Notes: generated by a model from the sequence alone, not told the origin. A stretch of DNA of 64,000 nucleotides from an uncultured delta proteobacterium (GCA_963706575.1 CAVPNL010000005.1:64001-128000), one strand, 5' to 3'; positions 36,247-47,754 are shown, counted from the stretch's first letter. Numbers and translations are program-made.

Positions 36247-38394
36247 ATGATGCCTGGCTTTGGAATCAATCTGAAACTGCGCTGGAAATTTTTTATTGTT
36301 TTACTGGTGTTCAGTCTGACGCCCTTGATTGTGGTCACCGTCGTCAGTCAGCGCGGAACGCTGCTTTTGGGGAAAACGATTTCCGAGGATGCGCGTTTGC
36401 GTCTCACCCATATCGTTGGGATGGAGTTGCGGCAAACCGCGGAAAATTCGGCCAAAGTTTTACAGCGAACCAAAGATGCCATGGCCTTTTATCTTCAGGT
36501 GCTGGCCGGTGAAGCCGAACTGGCCTTTTCGGAAATGACTGCCGAACCCCCCAAAATTTATCTTGCCGCCGACTTTGACGACCCCCGCACCGCTCCCTTG
36601 GATTTTCTGCCGATTGAGCGATACCGGATAAAAACCCACGACGGCGAGTTTTTGGATAATTCGGTCAGTTTCATCCATCCCGTTTTTATGCTGACGCCGG
36701 GACTTGAGAAAGAAATGGTCGCCCGTGATCTTTCCTCCTTGAGCCGGATGATACCCACCTTCAGAAAACTTTCCGGAGAATTCGGTAAAACCCTGCACTG
36801 GGCCCATATCTGTTTGCAAAATGGTGTCTATATGTCGTATCCCGGTCACGGCGGCTATGTGGATAGCCGTGATCCCCGGCATTACCTATGGTTCACAGAA
36901 GCAAAAGATTCACCGACCTGGACCCTTCCACGCATAAATACCGACACCGGATTTCTGACCTTTACGGTTTCACAACGTTTATACCGGCCCGATGGGTCCT
37001 TTCTGGGGGTTGTGGCCATCGATATCCTCTTTGTCGAAGCGTTGCAAAAAACTGCGCTATCGCCGCTGTGGGCATCCGATGCCGATTCTTTTATTGTAAC
37101 CGCCGCCCTCAATCCGGAGACGCATCAGCCCGGACTTCAAATACTGGCCCTAAAGGACTATGAGCACGATCCCGGGTCCTGGGCGCCGGTGGCCCAGAAA
37201 AAGTGGCTAACTTCTGAAGACCTCATCGGATTTGATGTCGTTCTTAAGCAGCTCAAGGTCGGACAGGCCGGATATACGGGGCTGCCCTTTAAGAATGTAG
37301 AATCAATTTGGGCCTATGCCGGTATCGATGATCTTATTCAGTTTGTGGTGGTCGTACCCAAGTCGGTTATCATGGCACTGCCGGACGAAACCCAGAAAAC
37401 TTTTTTTGCGTATTTAAAAGATCAAATCCTTTTTGCCGGTGCGGCGACCTTTTTAACAATTGTTTTCCTGGCAGCGGCCGCCCTGATCGGATCCTATATG
37501 ATTACGAGGTCCCTGTTAAGAATCACCGCGGCTGCCAAGAAACTATCCAGCGGTGACTTCTCTGTTAAACTGGGCCTGCGTACCGGGGATGAGCGTGATC
37601 TGATGATTCAGGCCTTCAACGAGATTGGGCCCAAACTTGAGGATCATCTTCGTCTGCATCAATCCATGGATCTGGCGATGAAGGTTCAACAAAAGCTTTT
37701 GCCCGGCAAAAACCCTCAAATCCCCGGGTTGGATATTGCCGGCAAGAGTATCTATTGCGATGAAACCGGGGGCGACTACTATGATTTTTTGGAGTTTGGC
37801 GGAAAAAATGACAGAAAAATCAGCATCGTCGTCGGTGATGTATCCGGGCATGGAATTTCCTCGGCCCTGCTCATGGCCTCTGCCCGTGCGTTTCTTCGCC
37901 AGCGGGTCTCGTTGCCCGGAACGCTCGGACAGATCATTTCAGATGTGAACTGTCAACTTGCCAGAGATGTGGCCGAGTACAATAATTTCATGACCCTTTT
38001 CTATCTGAGAATCGATTGCGAGCAGAGCACTCTGGAATGGGTCCGCGCCGGCCATGATCCGGCTATCTTTTACGACCCCGGGCCGCGAACGTTTGAAGCG
38101 CTCGACGGTCAGGGAATACCGCTGGGGGTGGAAGAATCATGGCGGTTTCAGGAAAACAGGAAAACCGGCCTGTCGCCAGGACAGATTATTGTTATGGCAA
38201 CCGATGGGGTTTTCGAGGCCCAAAATGTCAACGGCGAGATGTTTGGAAAGGATCGGGTCTATGACCTCATATCGGCCAACGCCGCTTTGAGTGCCAAGGG
38301 GATCTTAAATATTCTGATGGATATGCTTTACCGATTTGCCAAAGGGAAAAATTTTGAAGATGATGTTACGCTGGTGGTGATTAAAATTAAGTAG
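36247..38394 (+). CDS. SpoIIE/RsbU-type PP2C phosphatase with Cache sensor and HAMP domains
   Basis: Two TM segments, Cache 'DPRHYLWF', HAMP and PP2C 'GGDYYDF', 'VGDVSGHG', 'RAGH', 'TDGVFEA', 'DDVT'. Confidence 0.92.
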   Translation: MMPGFGINLKLRWKFFIVLLVFSLTPLIVVTVVSQRGTLLLGKTISEDARLRLTHIVGMELRQTAENSAKVLQRTKDAMAFYLQVLAGEAELAFSEMTAEPPKIYLAADFDDPRTAPLDFLPIERYRIKTHDGEFLDNSVSFIHPVFMLTPGLEKEMVARDLSSLSRMIPTFRKLSGEFGKTLHWAHICLQNGVYMSYPGHGGYVDSRDPRHYLWFTEAKDSPTWTLPRINTDTGFLTFTVSQRLYRPDGSFLGVVAIDILFVEALQKTALSPLWASDADSFIVTAALNPETHQPGLQILALKDYEHDPGSWAPVAQKKWLTSEDLIGFDVVLKQLKVGQAGYTGLPFKNVESIWAYAGIDDLIQFVVVVPKSVIMALPDETQKTFFAYLKDQILFAGAATFLTIVFLAAAALIGSYMITRSLLRITAAAKKLSSGDFSVKLGLRTGDERDLMIQAFNEIGPKLEDHLRLHQSMDLAMKVQQKLLPGKNPQIPGLDIAGKSIYCDETGGDYYDFLEFGGKNDRKISIVVGDVSGHGISSALLMASARAFLRQRVSLPGTLGQIISDVNCQLARDVAEYNNFMTLFYLRIDCEQSTLEWVRAGHDPAIFYDPGPRTFEALDGQGIPLGVEESWRFQENRKTGLSPGQIIVMATDGVFEAQNVNGEMFGKDRVYDLISANAALSAKGILNILMDMLYRFAKGKNFEDDVTLVVIKIK

Positions 38395-38424
38395 GATCGA
38401 TTTCAATCTGCCTTGCGTGATCAC

Positions 38425-38781
38425 CTATTTTTCAAAATCACTTTTGATCTCCAGCGTTTCATCTGTTTGTGGCTCAGACACGGCGATTTCGTCCGGTTTT
38501 TCTTCGGGTGTTTCTTCCGCAGCCTTTGATTTAAGATTCCGGTTTTCTTTTTCCAAAACCTTGATCCGTTTCCGCTGGCTTAATCGGGTGCTGATTCCAA
38601 TCAGCATCCCGATAAATATCCCTACCAAAATGGAAGCGTAGACGATACCATAAACCGGCAATGGCATACTCTGCATTCCAAAATAATAATGCAATTTCAT
38701 CGTTTCGTTGTTTTGAATGCCAAAAGTAACCAGCGCTACCAAAATTATTAGCAGCAATATCGCCTTGAAGTAGCTTCCCAT
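38425..38781 (-). CDS. lapA: LapA (lipopolysaccharide assembly protein A) family protein
   Basis: TM-'FGIQN'-'PLP'-TM-coiled coil architecture; SD AGGAG. Confidence 0.75.
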   Translation of the reverse strand: MGSYFKAILLLIILVALVTFGIQNNETMKLHYYFGMQSMPLPVYGIVYASILVGIFIGMLIGISTRLSQRKRIKVLEKENRNLKSKAAEETPEEKPDEIAVSEPQTDETLEIKSDFEK

Positions 38782-38852
38782 GTTTTTTCTCCTTAAGCTT
38801 TATTCGAGGTGGTCTCAATTGAGAAGTGAAAGGGTTTCTCAGAGCTAACTTT

Positions 38853-38878
38853 ATTAATTATGCCACCATTTTGTCAAG
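38853..38878 (-). promoter_or_regulatory. Candidate promoter of lapA (CTTGACA...ATTAAT)
   Basis: Minus strand CTTGACAAAATGGTGGCATAATTAAT, matching the hsp20 upstream motif. Confidence 0.5.
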
Positions 38879-38941
38879 ACTTTCATATGGATCGTTCAGC
38901 TACAGACTGATTTTTCCCGGTTGGATGAAAGATTTTCAAAT

Positions 38942-41900
38942 CTAAAATACCAGCTCTACGCGAGGCTTTGCTTCAGGGCTTTTGTCGATTTCGGGCGTGC
39001 AGATAAAAATTCTTTTGTCTTTGATTCCATGCTGTGTCACAAGGTAATCCTCGATCCGGTCGGCCCGTTGTTCAGCAATTGTCAGCAGCTCTTCGTCGCT
39101 TGTTAAAAACCGGCCGTCTTTTTGAGTGGCGATCTTGCCGTCGGCGATTTCACTTATCTCTGAGGACTGTGCTCCAGGCAGTCTCGCGGCACCCTTGTGT
39201 TCTCCCATTCGATCGCTTTCAGTTGCCCACCCGCACAATCTGAGGCGCAAATCTTTTTTTTCCTTCAGGATGGTCGCCACCTTATCGATATATTCCAGAG
39301 TCGCGGCATCCAGCTCGGAAGCGCCGGGCTGGAAATCAACCGGCTTGAGGCGGATGCCGGGCAGCGCTTTTGCGCCAACTTTTGCACCCAGCTCGACGAT
39401 ACCGATAGCTATACCGTATGGCCCGAGCATGTACTTCAGATAAGACAAAGTGGCCATACTTAGGCCCTTGATAACGGCCTGGTTGATGGCATCCGAAAAG
39501 TTGAATTTCGGATCGCTCATATCACCGGAAATCGGTATTTTCAGGCGGACGTCATCGTCCTTGTCGCGCAAAACTTTCAGGGCGCTCTGCAAGGGGATGG
39601 AGATGCCCTCTTGATTCTCCAATTTTTCCGGATTGACGGCCTCGATTCTGGGGTTGTGGAACTTCAGATCGCCTTCGCCCTCCAGTTGGCCGACCGTAAT
39701 TTTTAGATCGATGCCGGCATCCATCTCTCCGCTGATTAGATTGTACCCGATTGTTTTGACGGCATAGGACGACAGCGGCGGCATTTCAAGCGCCTTGATT
39801 TTGCCTTTGAGGTCCATGCTGAAGCGTTCCCCGAAAGGCTGAACATTGCCCTGCAGCTTCAGCTTTGTGTACTTTCTTGACTCGGCTTCTATAGTTATTG
39901 GGCTGGCTTGTTCAGGATGATAACTGTTGACACCCGACAGACGGATTTCTTTCAGACGAATCTCGGTACGAAAGGTCGGGCTGACAGTTTCATCTTCAAA
40001 CTGCAGCACACTGTCTCCGGCAATTTCCAGGCTCCCGATCTGGATTCCGGATTGAACGTCAGTTTCCTTTGCTGAAGCCCGGTTTTTTTCCGCCGCCTTG
40101 TTTGGCGATGGTTTTTTTTGTGCGCTCGATTCGGCGCCGGTCAGATAGGTTGTTAGATCGTCGATATAGCGCCAGCGCCCATCATTTTTATGATGCAACA
40201 CCCCTTTAGCGGTGACGATGCGGGCCGATTCGATCGAAACCTTTTTGAGCCGCTCGAGTTTGACGGTGTCAACCTGCACCTCTGATGCGCTAAACAGCGA
40301 AGCGTTTTCAGGCGAGCCCGTTTGACCGACAAGATCCAGACCGGTGATCTTTGCCGTGGCGACGTTGAATTGTGTGTCCGCCTCTCCTTTGATCGATTTT
40401 AAGTTGACCGTTTTTGACGCCAATAACCTTAATTTTTTGTGGCATGGCGGTGACTGCCAGATCGGTTATGCTGATATCACCTTCAGCCGCAAGGCCGGCT
40501 GTAAAATTTTTCAGCCCACAGCTGAATCGACCATTCCATGAGAGATTTTCGTTTGCGAGGTTCAAATTTTCTCGGACCAAAACGATCCTTTGACGCCTGG
40601 ATTCGAGATTTCCGTCGGTTGTCAACCTATGCGCTGCACTGTTTTCAGGCAGCAACAATTGAAGGTCTCCGCTCCACCCGAGATCTTCTTCGGCCAGAAG
40701 CACATCAGGGGTGGCAACCTCAAGCTTTGCGAACTTCAGGTCGCCATCGAGTTTGACTTCGGCTGATCCCTTTTTTGCGGTAAAGGCAAACTCTCCGTTC
40801 CAATTCAGGCCACTGCCCTGAAGCTTTAAATTCGCCGAAGGTGAATCCAGGGACGCCTCCTTTCCTGCCAATCTGTCCCGCGGCTGTGATAAAAAGCGCC
40901 TCGGGCGAATTCGGTATCTTTGATCCGGACGATTCCGTCCCAGAGGAGGTTTTCCTCGACCAGATTCAATTCGGGGGTGGCCATTTTAAATTTCTCAATC
41001 GTTAAGGCACCATCGAAGTCAAGGTCGGTCTTTTCTGTATTGCGGTCCAGAACAAATTTACCGTTCCAGCCCAGCCCGTTGTGCCGAAACGCTAATTTAT
41101 CCGGTGTCGGATTCACAGCGCCGCCTTTGCCTGCCAGTTGCCCGGCGATTTCTATCTGGAGCGTATCGGACGCGGCCGGCAGTTTGACCTGGACTGTACC
41201 ATCCCAGGTGAAGTTTTCGTCGGCCAGGTCGACATCTGCGAAACGCATGCGGGCCTGTTTTAGGGCCAGACGGCCCGTTTGGCTGAAATTGAATCCTTCC
41301 TTAGAACTGTATTGGGTTTGAATGCGGACATCGGCATCCAGCCGGCCCTGCAGAATGCCCGGATCGGTGGCCATCAGTTGCGCAAAAGGCGTAAGCGCCA
41401 ATCCGTTCAGTTTTACAGAGCCTTCAAAAGTTGTCCGCCGCCAAACGGTGATAAATCTCCCTGAAATTGCAGCCTGCTGTCATTGAGTTGCCCCTTGAGC
41501 TCGAGGTGGGTACGCTGATCGGGCCGCCAGGTTCTCAGACGCGTCAGGCGGGCCTGCTCGACTCTTAATTCTGATGTGAGCCGCGAGCTGCGAAATTTCA
41601 CCAGGCTATTTTGAATCTGAAGTTCGGTAAGACCAAAGCCCCAAGGTGAGGCTGATGATTTTGCCGCTGAGGGTGCGGGTGAAAGGCCTCCAATTCGCCA
41701 GCGGCCATCCGGCAATTCTTCCATCATAATAATGGAATTGTTGAGATCGGCTTTTTCCAAAAGAAAATGTTTCTTGAAAAATGAAGACCAGGACAGGATA
41801 AAACTTGCTTCGGAAATGTTAAGGGCCTGTTCAGTGCCCACTTTGACGACCAAATTTTCTACTACGAGACGACGGGTAAAGGGATTAAAATCAACATCTT

Positions 41901-42081
41901 CCACATCTGCCTGGTCTGCGCCGTTGGCAAGAAAATAGCTTTTAATCTGATAGTCCATGCCAAATGGTATTGAAATCAAAATCAGGGCCACCAGAACCGC
42001 AAAACCGACCGTGACCCAAATCCACCAAAGTCGCAGAATCCGTCTTAACCTACTGTTATTTTTTAAATTATGATTTTCCAT
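38942..42081 (-). CDS. DUF748/AsmA-like protein with C-terminal OmpA-like domain; about 3 frameshifts
   Basis: Four consecutive ORFs (41413-42081, 40826-41401, 40308-40871, 38942-40423) read as one protein: N-terminal TM, 'DVDFNPFT', beta-rich repeats, 'LRDKDDDVRLKIPISGD..DPKF' and 'PRVEL'. Confidence 0.8.
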
Positions 42082-42166
42082 GGCAAATAAATGAAATGGG
42101 CGGAGCTGAAAAATGTATTTAGATAATGGCGATCGAAAGAATCGGTGTCAAGGGTCAATCTTGCTT

Positions 42167-44755
42167 TCAATCCGCGGATTCAGGTGGGTTTTTTTCGGAT
42201 TTTGCGGTGGGCACGCCCAACGCTTCAACGGCTTTGGCTGCCTCCTCGGCTTTTGCCCTGGCCTTGGCAGACCGGCGGGTTGCTTTTTCGGCCTGTATTT
42301 CAGCGACTTTCAATTCTGATTTGAGTGCGTCGATTTTGGACCCATCGATTTGTGTTTCGCCGGCTTCAGTTTCAATTTGCTGCTGCAGTTTTTCTTTGGC
42401 GTTTGCGGCAGCAGCGGCGGTTGTTTCAGCATTTTTTTCTGTAGTTTTTACGCGCTTTTCGGCATCAGCCAAAGCATCTGCCGCTGCGGCAATTTCAGCC
42501 ACTTTTCCGTCTTCGGGCTCGGCCTCCAGTTCGATATCCTCAGCTGCCAGTACCAGTGCCGTCAGCGGCAGATCGGTCAGAATTTGTTCGACCGGCCGGT
42601 CAAATGGATCCACGGGCTGATTGCCTTTCAGACGGAACGGCAAAAATACGAGGGATGTCCCTTTTGAATATCCGATGACGTTGCTGGGTTTGGCATTAAA
42701 AACCATTTCAGGCTCGGCATCAATACGGGCGTTTTCAAGCTTCTGGCGAAAGTCTGCCATCGTGTCTTCAGTGGGGTGATCAAAGCTGGGTGCCAAAACG
42801 CGGATGCTGGCCCCCTGCCAGTCTTTATTGCGGGTCGTCAGATAGGCGAGCAACAGCATCAAGTGGCTGCTGGCATCATCCCACCACCACACATCGATCC
42901 GGCGCTCCTGGGCGGGGGTTGCTTTCAATCTTTCCCACTCTTCTTCATCTGTTTTTAAAACAATGATATGGCTGCCCAGGCGAAAAGCCGTCTTGATGCG
43001 ACGGCCATACAGAATTTCACGAATACCGCGTTTGGCGGTAGGTTCATGTTCGAACCAGTTCAATAAAATAGTATTCACTTTCAAGGGGCCGATCCCATAA
43101 GCCTGAACCAGGGTGTGGATTCCCTGAATCATTGTGGGTGCGACCAGAACCAGTGGAAAGGCCTCTGATTCGCTATCGGCGATGTCTTTGCGCAGCTCTT
43201 TTTCGGCCTCATCCCGCAGTTTCAGCATTTTGGGTCCTTCGCCCTCCAGGATGCGGACCACCGTCGCAAATCCGGTATCGCCTTCGAGCCATTCGGCAAA
43301 TTGCAGCAGACGCCGGCGACGATGGGCATCGTCTGAAAATACCAGTAACTGGGGCCGCCAATCCCGGGGATGTTCGGGCTCCTGGGCGGCCGCCAGAAGA
43401 TTGGTCCGAATGCGCTGAAGGTGGTAAGAGCGCCGGCTGTCCGCCCAGCGCGCCTGCCTGCTGGTGCGTTTCAGATATTGATGGATACCAAATAAGATCG
43501 CCATGGCCACGATGCCGGCCTTTAGATCAATCGCCAGCATCACCCCAAGGCAGGCCAGCGCGCCCGCCAGGCTCAGTCGCAGATCATACCAGCGGAAGCG
43601 CGGGCGAAACGAGGGGCTGCCGGCCCGGGCTTCAAAAAAAGTGGCATAATTCAAGAGGCCGTATGAAATCAAAAAAAACATCGAAACCACCGGGGCGATG
43701 ATGTTCAACTTTCCCAGACCGACGGTGGCAAAGGCGATGCCGGCGGCGAGTAAAACCCCCCTGCGCGGATTTCCGGTAGGGCCGTGGCCTTTGGCAAACG
43801 GCAATAAAAAAGGAAAGATGCGATCGGCGGACAAGGATTGCAAGATGCGGGGCGCTCCTAAAAAGGACGCCATAGCCGAGGATAGGGTGGCGGCAATCAC
43901 CCCCGCTCTAATCAGAAACGCCACGGCGGATACCCGTTTCATGGCATCATATTCGCCCATCAGCGTGCTTGCGGGCAGTGTGGCGGCAAAAACAACCCCT
44001 GCCAGGAAATAAACAACGATTGACAGGCCGACAGCCGTAAAGGTCCCGCGGGGCAGGCTTTGGCCGGCATCTTTTAAATCGCCGGACATGCTGACCCCCT
44101 GGGTAAAACCGGTAACGGCCGGGAAAAAGATGGCAAAAACAACCCAGAAACTTAAGCCCCCTTCAGGGGCGGTCCAGTTTTGGGCCAGCAACGCAGGGTC
44201 CCATTTTGAAATTCCGCCGATAAAAAAAGAAAAAAGGGCTGCCACCAGGATGGCCATTACGACGTATTGAAAGCGCGTGGCCCAGTCGGCGCCCAGCCAG
44301 GCAAAAATAAACAAAAGAGCCACGGCGCCGGCAGCAATGATCTGGGTGGAAAAGCCGGCCTGCAGGGCCAGACCTCGGGCGAGGACTTCTCCAAACCCGA
44401 TACAATAAAATCCGATCGAAACCGACTGGGCCAAAAACAGCACGATGCCGATGGCACCGCCGAATTCCGGCCCCAGTGTACGGGAGATCAGGTAATAATC
44501 GCCGCCGCCCTTGACTTTCAGGTTGGTGGCAATGGCAGACAGAGAAAAAGTGGTTAGCACCGAAATGCCGTTGGCCAGAGCCAATATGATCAAGGCTTGG
44601 CCCAGCCCCGCATTGCCGACCACAAAGCCCAGGCGCAGAAAAAGGATAATGCCGAGAATCGTCAGAATGCTGGGTGTAAAAACACCGGCAAAGGTCCCCA
44701 GGGTCCCAACTTTAGCGTCACCGGCCTGATTTTTAAAATGGGTTTGTGACATCAT
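42167..44755 (-). CDS. Amino acid permease / cation-chloride cotransporter (SLC12-like)
   Basis: 'LGTFAGVFTPSILTILGIILFLRLG', 'GGGDYYLISRTLGPEFGG', 'FFPAVTG', 'SGDLKD', 'WRPQLLV' and 'IDVWW'. Start at ATG 44755 or 44752. Confidence 0.9.
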   Translation of the reverse strand: MMSQTHFKNQAGDAKVGTLGTFAGVFTPSILTILGIILFLRLGFVVGNAGLGQALIILALANGISVLTTFSLSAIATNLKVKGGGDYYLISRTLGPEFGGAIGIVLFLAQSVSIGFYCIGFGEVLARGLALQAGFSTQIIAAGAVALLFIFAWLGADWATRFQYVVMAILVAALFSFFIGGISKWDPALLAQNWTAPEGGLSFWVVFAIFFPAVTGFTQGVSMSGDLKDAGQSLPRGTFTAVGLSIVVYFLAGVVFAATLPASTLMGEYDAMKRVSAVAFLIRAGVIAATLSSAMASFLGAPRILQSLSADRIFPFLLPFAKGHGPTGNPRRGVLLAAGIAFATVGLGKLNIIAPVVSMFFLISYGLLNYATFFEARAGSPSFRPRFRWYDLRLSLAGALACLGVMLAIDLKAGIVAMAILFGIHQYLKRTSRQARWADSRRSYHLQRIRTNLLAAAQEPEHPRDWRPQLLVFSDDAHRRRRLLQFAEWLEGDTGFATVVRILEGEGPKMLKLRDEAEKELRKDIADSESEAFPLVLVAPTMIQGIHTLVQAYGIGPLKVNTILLNWFEHEPTAKRGIREILYGRRIKTAFRLGSHIIVLKTDEEEWERLKATPAQERRIDVWWWDDASSHLMLLLAYLTTRNKDWQGASIRVLAPSFDHPTEDTMADFRQKLENARIDAEPEMVFNAKPSNVIGYSKGTSLVFLPFRLKGNQPVDPFDRPVEQILTDLPLTALVLAAEDIELEAEPEDGKVAEIAAAADALADAEKRVKTTEKNAETTAAAAANAKEKLQQQIETEAGETQIDGSKIDALKSELKVAEIQAEKATRRSAKARAKAEEAAKAVEALGVPTAKSEKNPPESAD

Positions 44756-44931
44756 TACATCCAAAAGTGCAAACAGGTTGAAGCAACCGCGCAAAGACAT
44801 TTGCCTTTGAATACGACATTTGTTACATTGACCCATCTTAAATATCTCATTCAAAATTAGCAACAGCTGTGATATCAATTTTAAAAAAAAGAGACGCTTC
44901 CCGCAGACACCCATAAACGATAGATGGTCCC

Positions 44932-45777
44932 ATGATTTTATCCCTGAACTATCCCTGGCGAATTTTGGTTATTATCGCCGTCGTTGTCGGAGTTCATGTC
45001 GCCGTCCTGATCATAAGAGCTGTTGGCAAGCGGCTGATGGCCGCCATGCCCCGGCGCTCATTTGCCAAAGCCCGCTCGCTTTTGGGTCTGCTGACGAGTA
45101 TTGCCATTTTTGTTCTCTATTTTGGAGCAGTTGGTTTTGTTCTAAAAGAATTCGGCGTTTCGTTGACGGCTTATCTCGCCAGCGCTTCGGTATTGGGCCT
45201 GGCGGTTGGATTCGGATCTCAAGGATTGGTACAGGATGTGGTTACCGGTCTGACACTTATTTTTTCGGATCTGGTAGATGTAGATGATATGGTAGAAATT
45301 TCAGGTCAAACCGGAATTGTTCAGACTATCGGTATGCGTTTTCTGGTACTGAAAAACCATCTGGGAGCCGAAGTATTTATACCCAATCGGACCATCACAA
45401 ATGTCATCAATTATCCCCGGGGATACGTGCGCTGTCTGGTAGATGTTACCTTAAGTCGGGAGCCAGAGATCGCCGACCGGATGGAGGCGTTGGTCCAATC
45501 CACTGTGACTTCCGCCTTCGAGCAATTTAGCGGTCTGTTTATTACCGAACCCACATCAGAAGGTCGTATAAAGACCAGTTCGGGCAAGGTGTTTTTGCGG
45601 ATCAAATTTCGGATCTGGCCCGGCCGCGGCACGGCGCTGGAAACCACACTTAAACAGGAAATCGTGCAGTCTTTGAAAGAGTTGGATGCCGCCTATCTCG
45701 ATTGGATGGTGACGGTTAATTATGAAGTGGAGCAGAAATTGGGCAGCGTCAAACCGTTTAAAGCGAATAAAATATAA
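44932..45777 (+). CDS. Small-conductance mechanosensitive channel (MscS family)
   Basis: 'GLAVGFGSQGLVQDVVTG' and 'IPNR.I..V.N'. Confidence 0.88.
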   Translation: MILSLNYPWRILVIIAVVVGVHVAVLIIRAVGKRLMAAMPRRSFAKARSLLGLLTSIAIFVLYFGAVGFVLKEFGVSLTAYLASASVLGLAVGFGSQGLVQDVVTGLTLIFSDLVDVDDMVEISGQTGIVQTIGMRFLVLKNHLGAEVFIPNRTITNVINYPRGYVRCLVDVTLSREPEIADRMEALVQSTVTSAFEQFSGLFITEPTSEGRIKTSSGKVFLRIKFRIWPGRGTALETTLKQEIVQSLKELDAAYLDWMVTVNYEVEQKLGSVKPFKANKI

Positions 45778-45899
45778 GTCTACTGTGGCATCATCTGACG
45801 TCAGCATGCGTTGGAACCCAAGTCTTCACTTATCCGCTGGCGGGCATCGATGTGTACTTTTTAACACAAATTTTTTCTGTCATCAGGAGCAATGTGATT

Positions 45900-46661
45900 A
45901 TGAATGAGAAAATAAAAAACCGAACCATCATTTGCACGGTGGTCGTCGTTTCGTTGCTACTTATTTCAGGCCCCCACAGATGGGCACAGGGCGCCGAGGC
46001 GGATTCTTTGGAGCTTGTTTCTGAAGGGAAATTCCAGGCCCGGGCCGGTACATCCAAAACGCTCGCAAGGCAGATCGCGCTGTTTGAAGCCAAGAAAAAG
46101 GCGGTTGAATCTGCCGGACGATATCTTGCCGGCAAACATCTTGTTTTGAGCTACGAACAAAAAAAAGAAGAGATCTACAGCCTGGTCGCAACTAAAATCC
46201 ATTCAAATGTAATTGCTGAAAACGTGGAATCTTCCGGGAATACGTTTATTTTTCATATTCGTATCCGGGCCGCTATCCGTAGTTCTGACTATATCGAAGC
46301 CGATATTTTAGATAAACAAATGGAAATTAAGGAAGCCAATGAATCCTTAAAAGAGGAGCTTGAGCCCGAAATCACAGCTAAAATTGAACCGGGGGTGGAT
46401 ATCTCTGCAGCTTACAGGCTGCTGCGCAAAGAAAAATTGCGCCCGGCGATGATTTATCTAAATCGGTTAGAAAAAAAATACCCCAACTGGTCTGCGATTT
46501 ATATGGCCAAAGCCATGGGGTTCTATTTGCTGCATGATCCATCGAATATGAAAAAGGAACTAAAAAAGGCCTGTGCGGCCGGAAATGCACTTGCTTGCGA
46601 TGATTTAAAAAGTTTAAAGCGGGTGCGTCAATTTGATTTGGATACTGAAAAATCTAATTAA
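45900..46661 (+). CDS. Exported hypothetical protein with C-terminal TPR-like helices
   Basis: SD AGGAG, ATG 45900, signal peptide, 'A...A...AKKKAVE.AG.Y' and 'KKACAAGNALAC'. Confidence 0.65.
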   Translation: MNEKIKNRTIICTVVVVSLLLISGPHRWAQGAEADSLELVSEGKFQARAGTSKTLARQIALFEAKKKAVESAGRYLAGKHLVLSYEQKKEEIYSLVATKIHSNVIAENVESSGNTFIFHIRIRAAIRSSDYIEADILDKQMEIKEANESLKEELEPEITAKIEPGVDISAAYRLLRKEKLRPAMIYLNRLEKKYPNWSAIYMAKAMGFYLLHDPSNMKKELKKACAAGNALACDDLKSLKRVRQFDLDTEKSN

Positions 46662-46704
46662 ATCTTCGGCCGATTCCCAATCCGGCGCCATAACCGGCTT
46701 GCAG

Positions 46705-47625
46705 TCAGAGTTCTTCGGGTGTAAGGGCGACCACCTCGTCAATTTTTTTCGTATCGGCAAAAAGCATCACCAATCTATCCATTCCCAGGGCATTGCCGGC
46801 AGCTTCCGGCATATCTTTTAGCGCATCGAGGAATTTATCCGGCAGGGGATAAACGCACTTGCCGGAATCTCGGCGACGTTCCTGTTCACGTTCAAAGCGG
46901 GTTCTTTGTTCAACCGGGTCGGTCAACTCGCTGAAGGCGTTGCATATCTCCAGGCCGCCGATATATAATTCGAAGCGTTCGGCATAGCGGCTGTCTTGCG
47001 GTTTCAATCTGGCCAGTGCCCCGCGCGCAGCCGGATAATCATACAGAAAGATCGGCTGCGGTTGTGCGAGATTCGGTTCAATCGCCTCTACCATGATCTC
47101 ATCAAACCGGTCGGTTTCCAGGGCTGCATCCATCGTCATCGGTGTAAATTTTTCAAATGCTTCGGCAACCGATATTCGGCGCCAGGGAGGTGTCAGATCT
47201 ATTTCGCTGCCCTGGTAGGATATCATGTTTTTTGAACTTACCTGACGGGCAATGTGGCCGATTAGAGTTTCACACTCATTCATCATATCCAGATAACTGC
47301 TGTTCAAGCGATACCATTCCAGCAGGGTCATTTCCGGTAGATGAAGACGACCCCTTTCTCCCTGACGGAAACACTTACAGATCTGAAATATGCGCGGGAA
47401 ACCCGCAGCCAGCAATCGCTTCATGCAGATTTCCGGAGATGTTTGCAAAAACCAGTTGGCGGATTCAACCTCATCGATATGGGCCTCCGGCGCGGGGGCT
47501 GGAATCCGAATGGGTGTTTCGATTTCCAGGTAACCCTTATCAATAAAGAAATTGCGCACGGCCTGAATGACCCGGGCGCGGATGATGAGATTTTTGCGCA
47601 GCTTTTTTTGTCGATATCCGATCAT
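46705..47625 (-). CDS. epmA: EF-P lysine aminoacylase EpmA (GenX/PoxA)
   Basis: Class II synthetase core without an anticodon domain: 'LQTSPE..MKRLLAAG', 'FR.GE.G.LH.PE.T.LEWY', 'ERFELY', 'G.ALG.DRL'. Confidence 0.93.
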   Translation of the reverse strand: MIGYRQKKLRKNLIIRARVIQAVRNFFIDKGYLEIETPIRIPAPAPEAHIDEVESANWFLQTSPEICMKRLLAAGFPRIFQICKCFRQGERGRLHLPEMTLLEWYRLNSSYLDMMNECETLIGHIARQVSSKNMISYQGSEIDLTPPWRRISVAEAFEKFTPMTMDAALETDRFDEIMVEAIEPNLAQPQPIFLYDYPAARGALARLKPQDSRYAERFELYIGGLEICNAFSELTDPVEQRTRFEREQERRRDSGKCVYPLPDKFLDALKDMPEAAGNALGMDRLVMLFADTKKIDEVVALTPEEL

Positions 47626-47754
47626 CGAAATCCTTTAGAGCGATTAAAATTCGCCGAAGACAAAATGTGTATCTTATTTTGACAGTTTATTCCAGCTTGA
47701 ATATTGCGGCAGGAAAGTGCTATACATTTCTTCTTCATCAAATCGGAGGCCGAA

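Noticed and set aside
44756..44914. Cys-rich N-terminal extension of the cotransporter
   Set aside because: It spans the divergent promoter region, and the family motifs begin only after ATG 44755.
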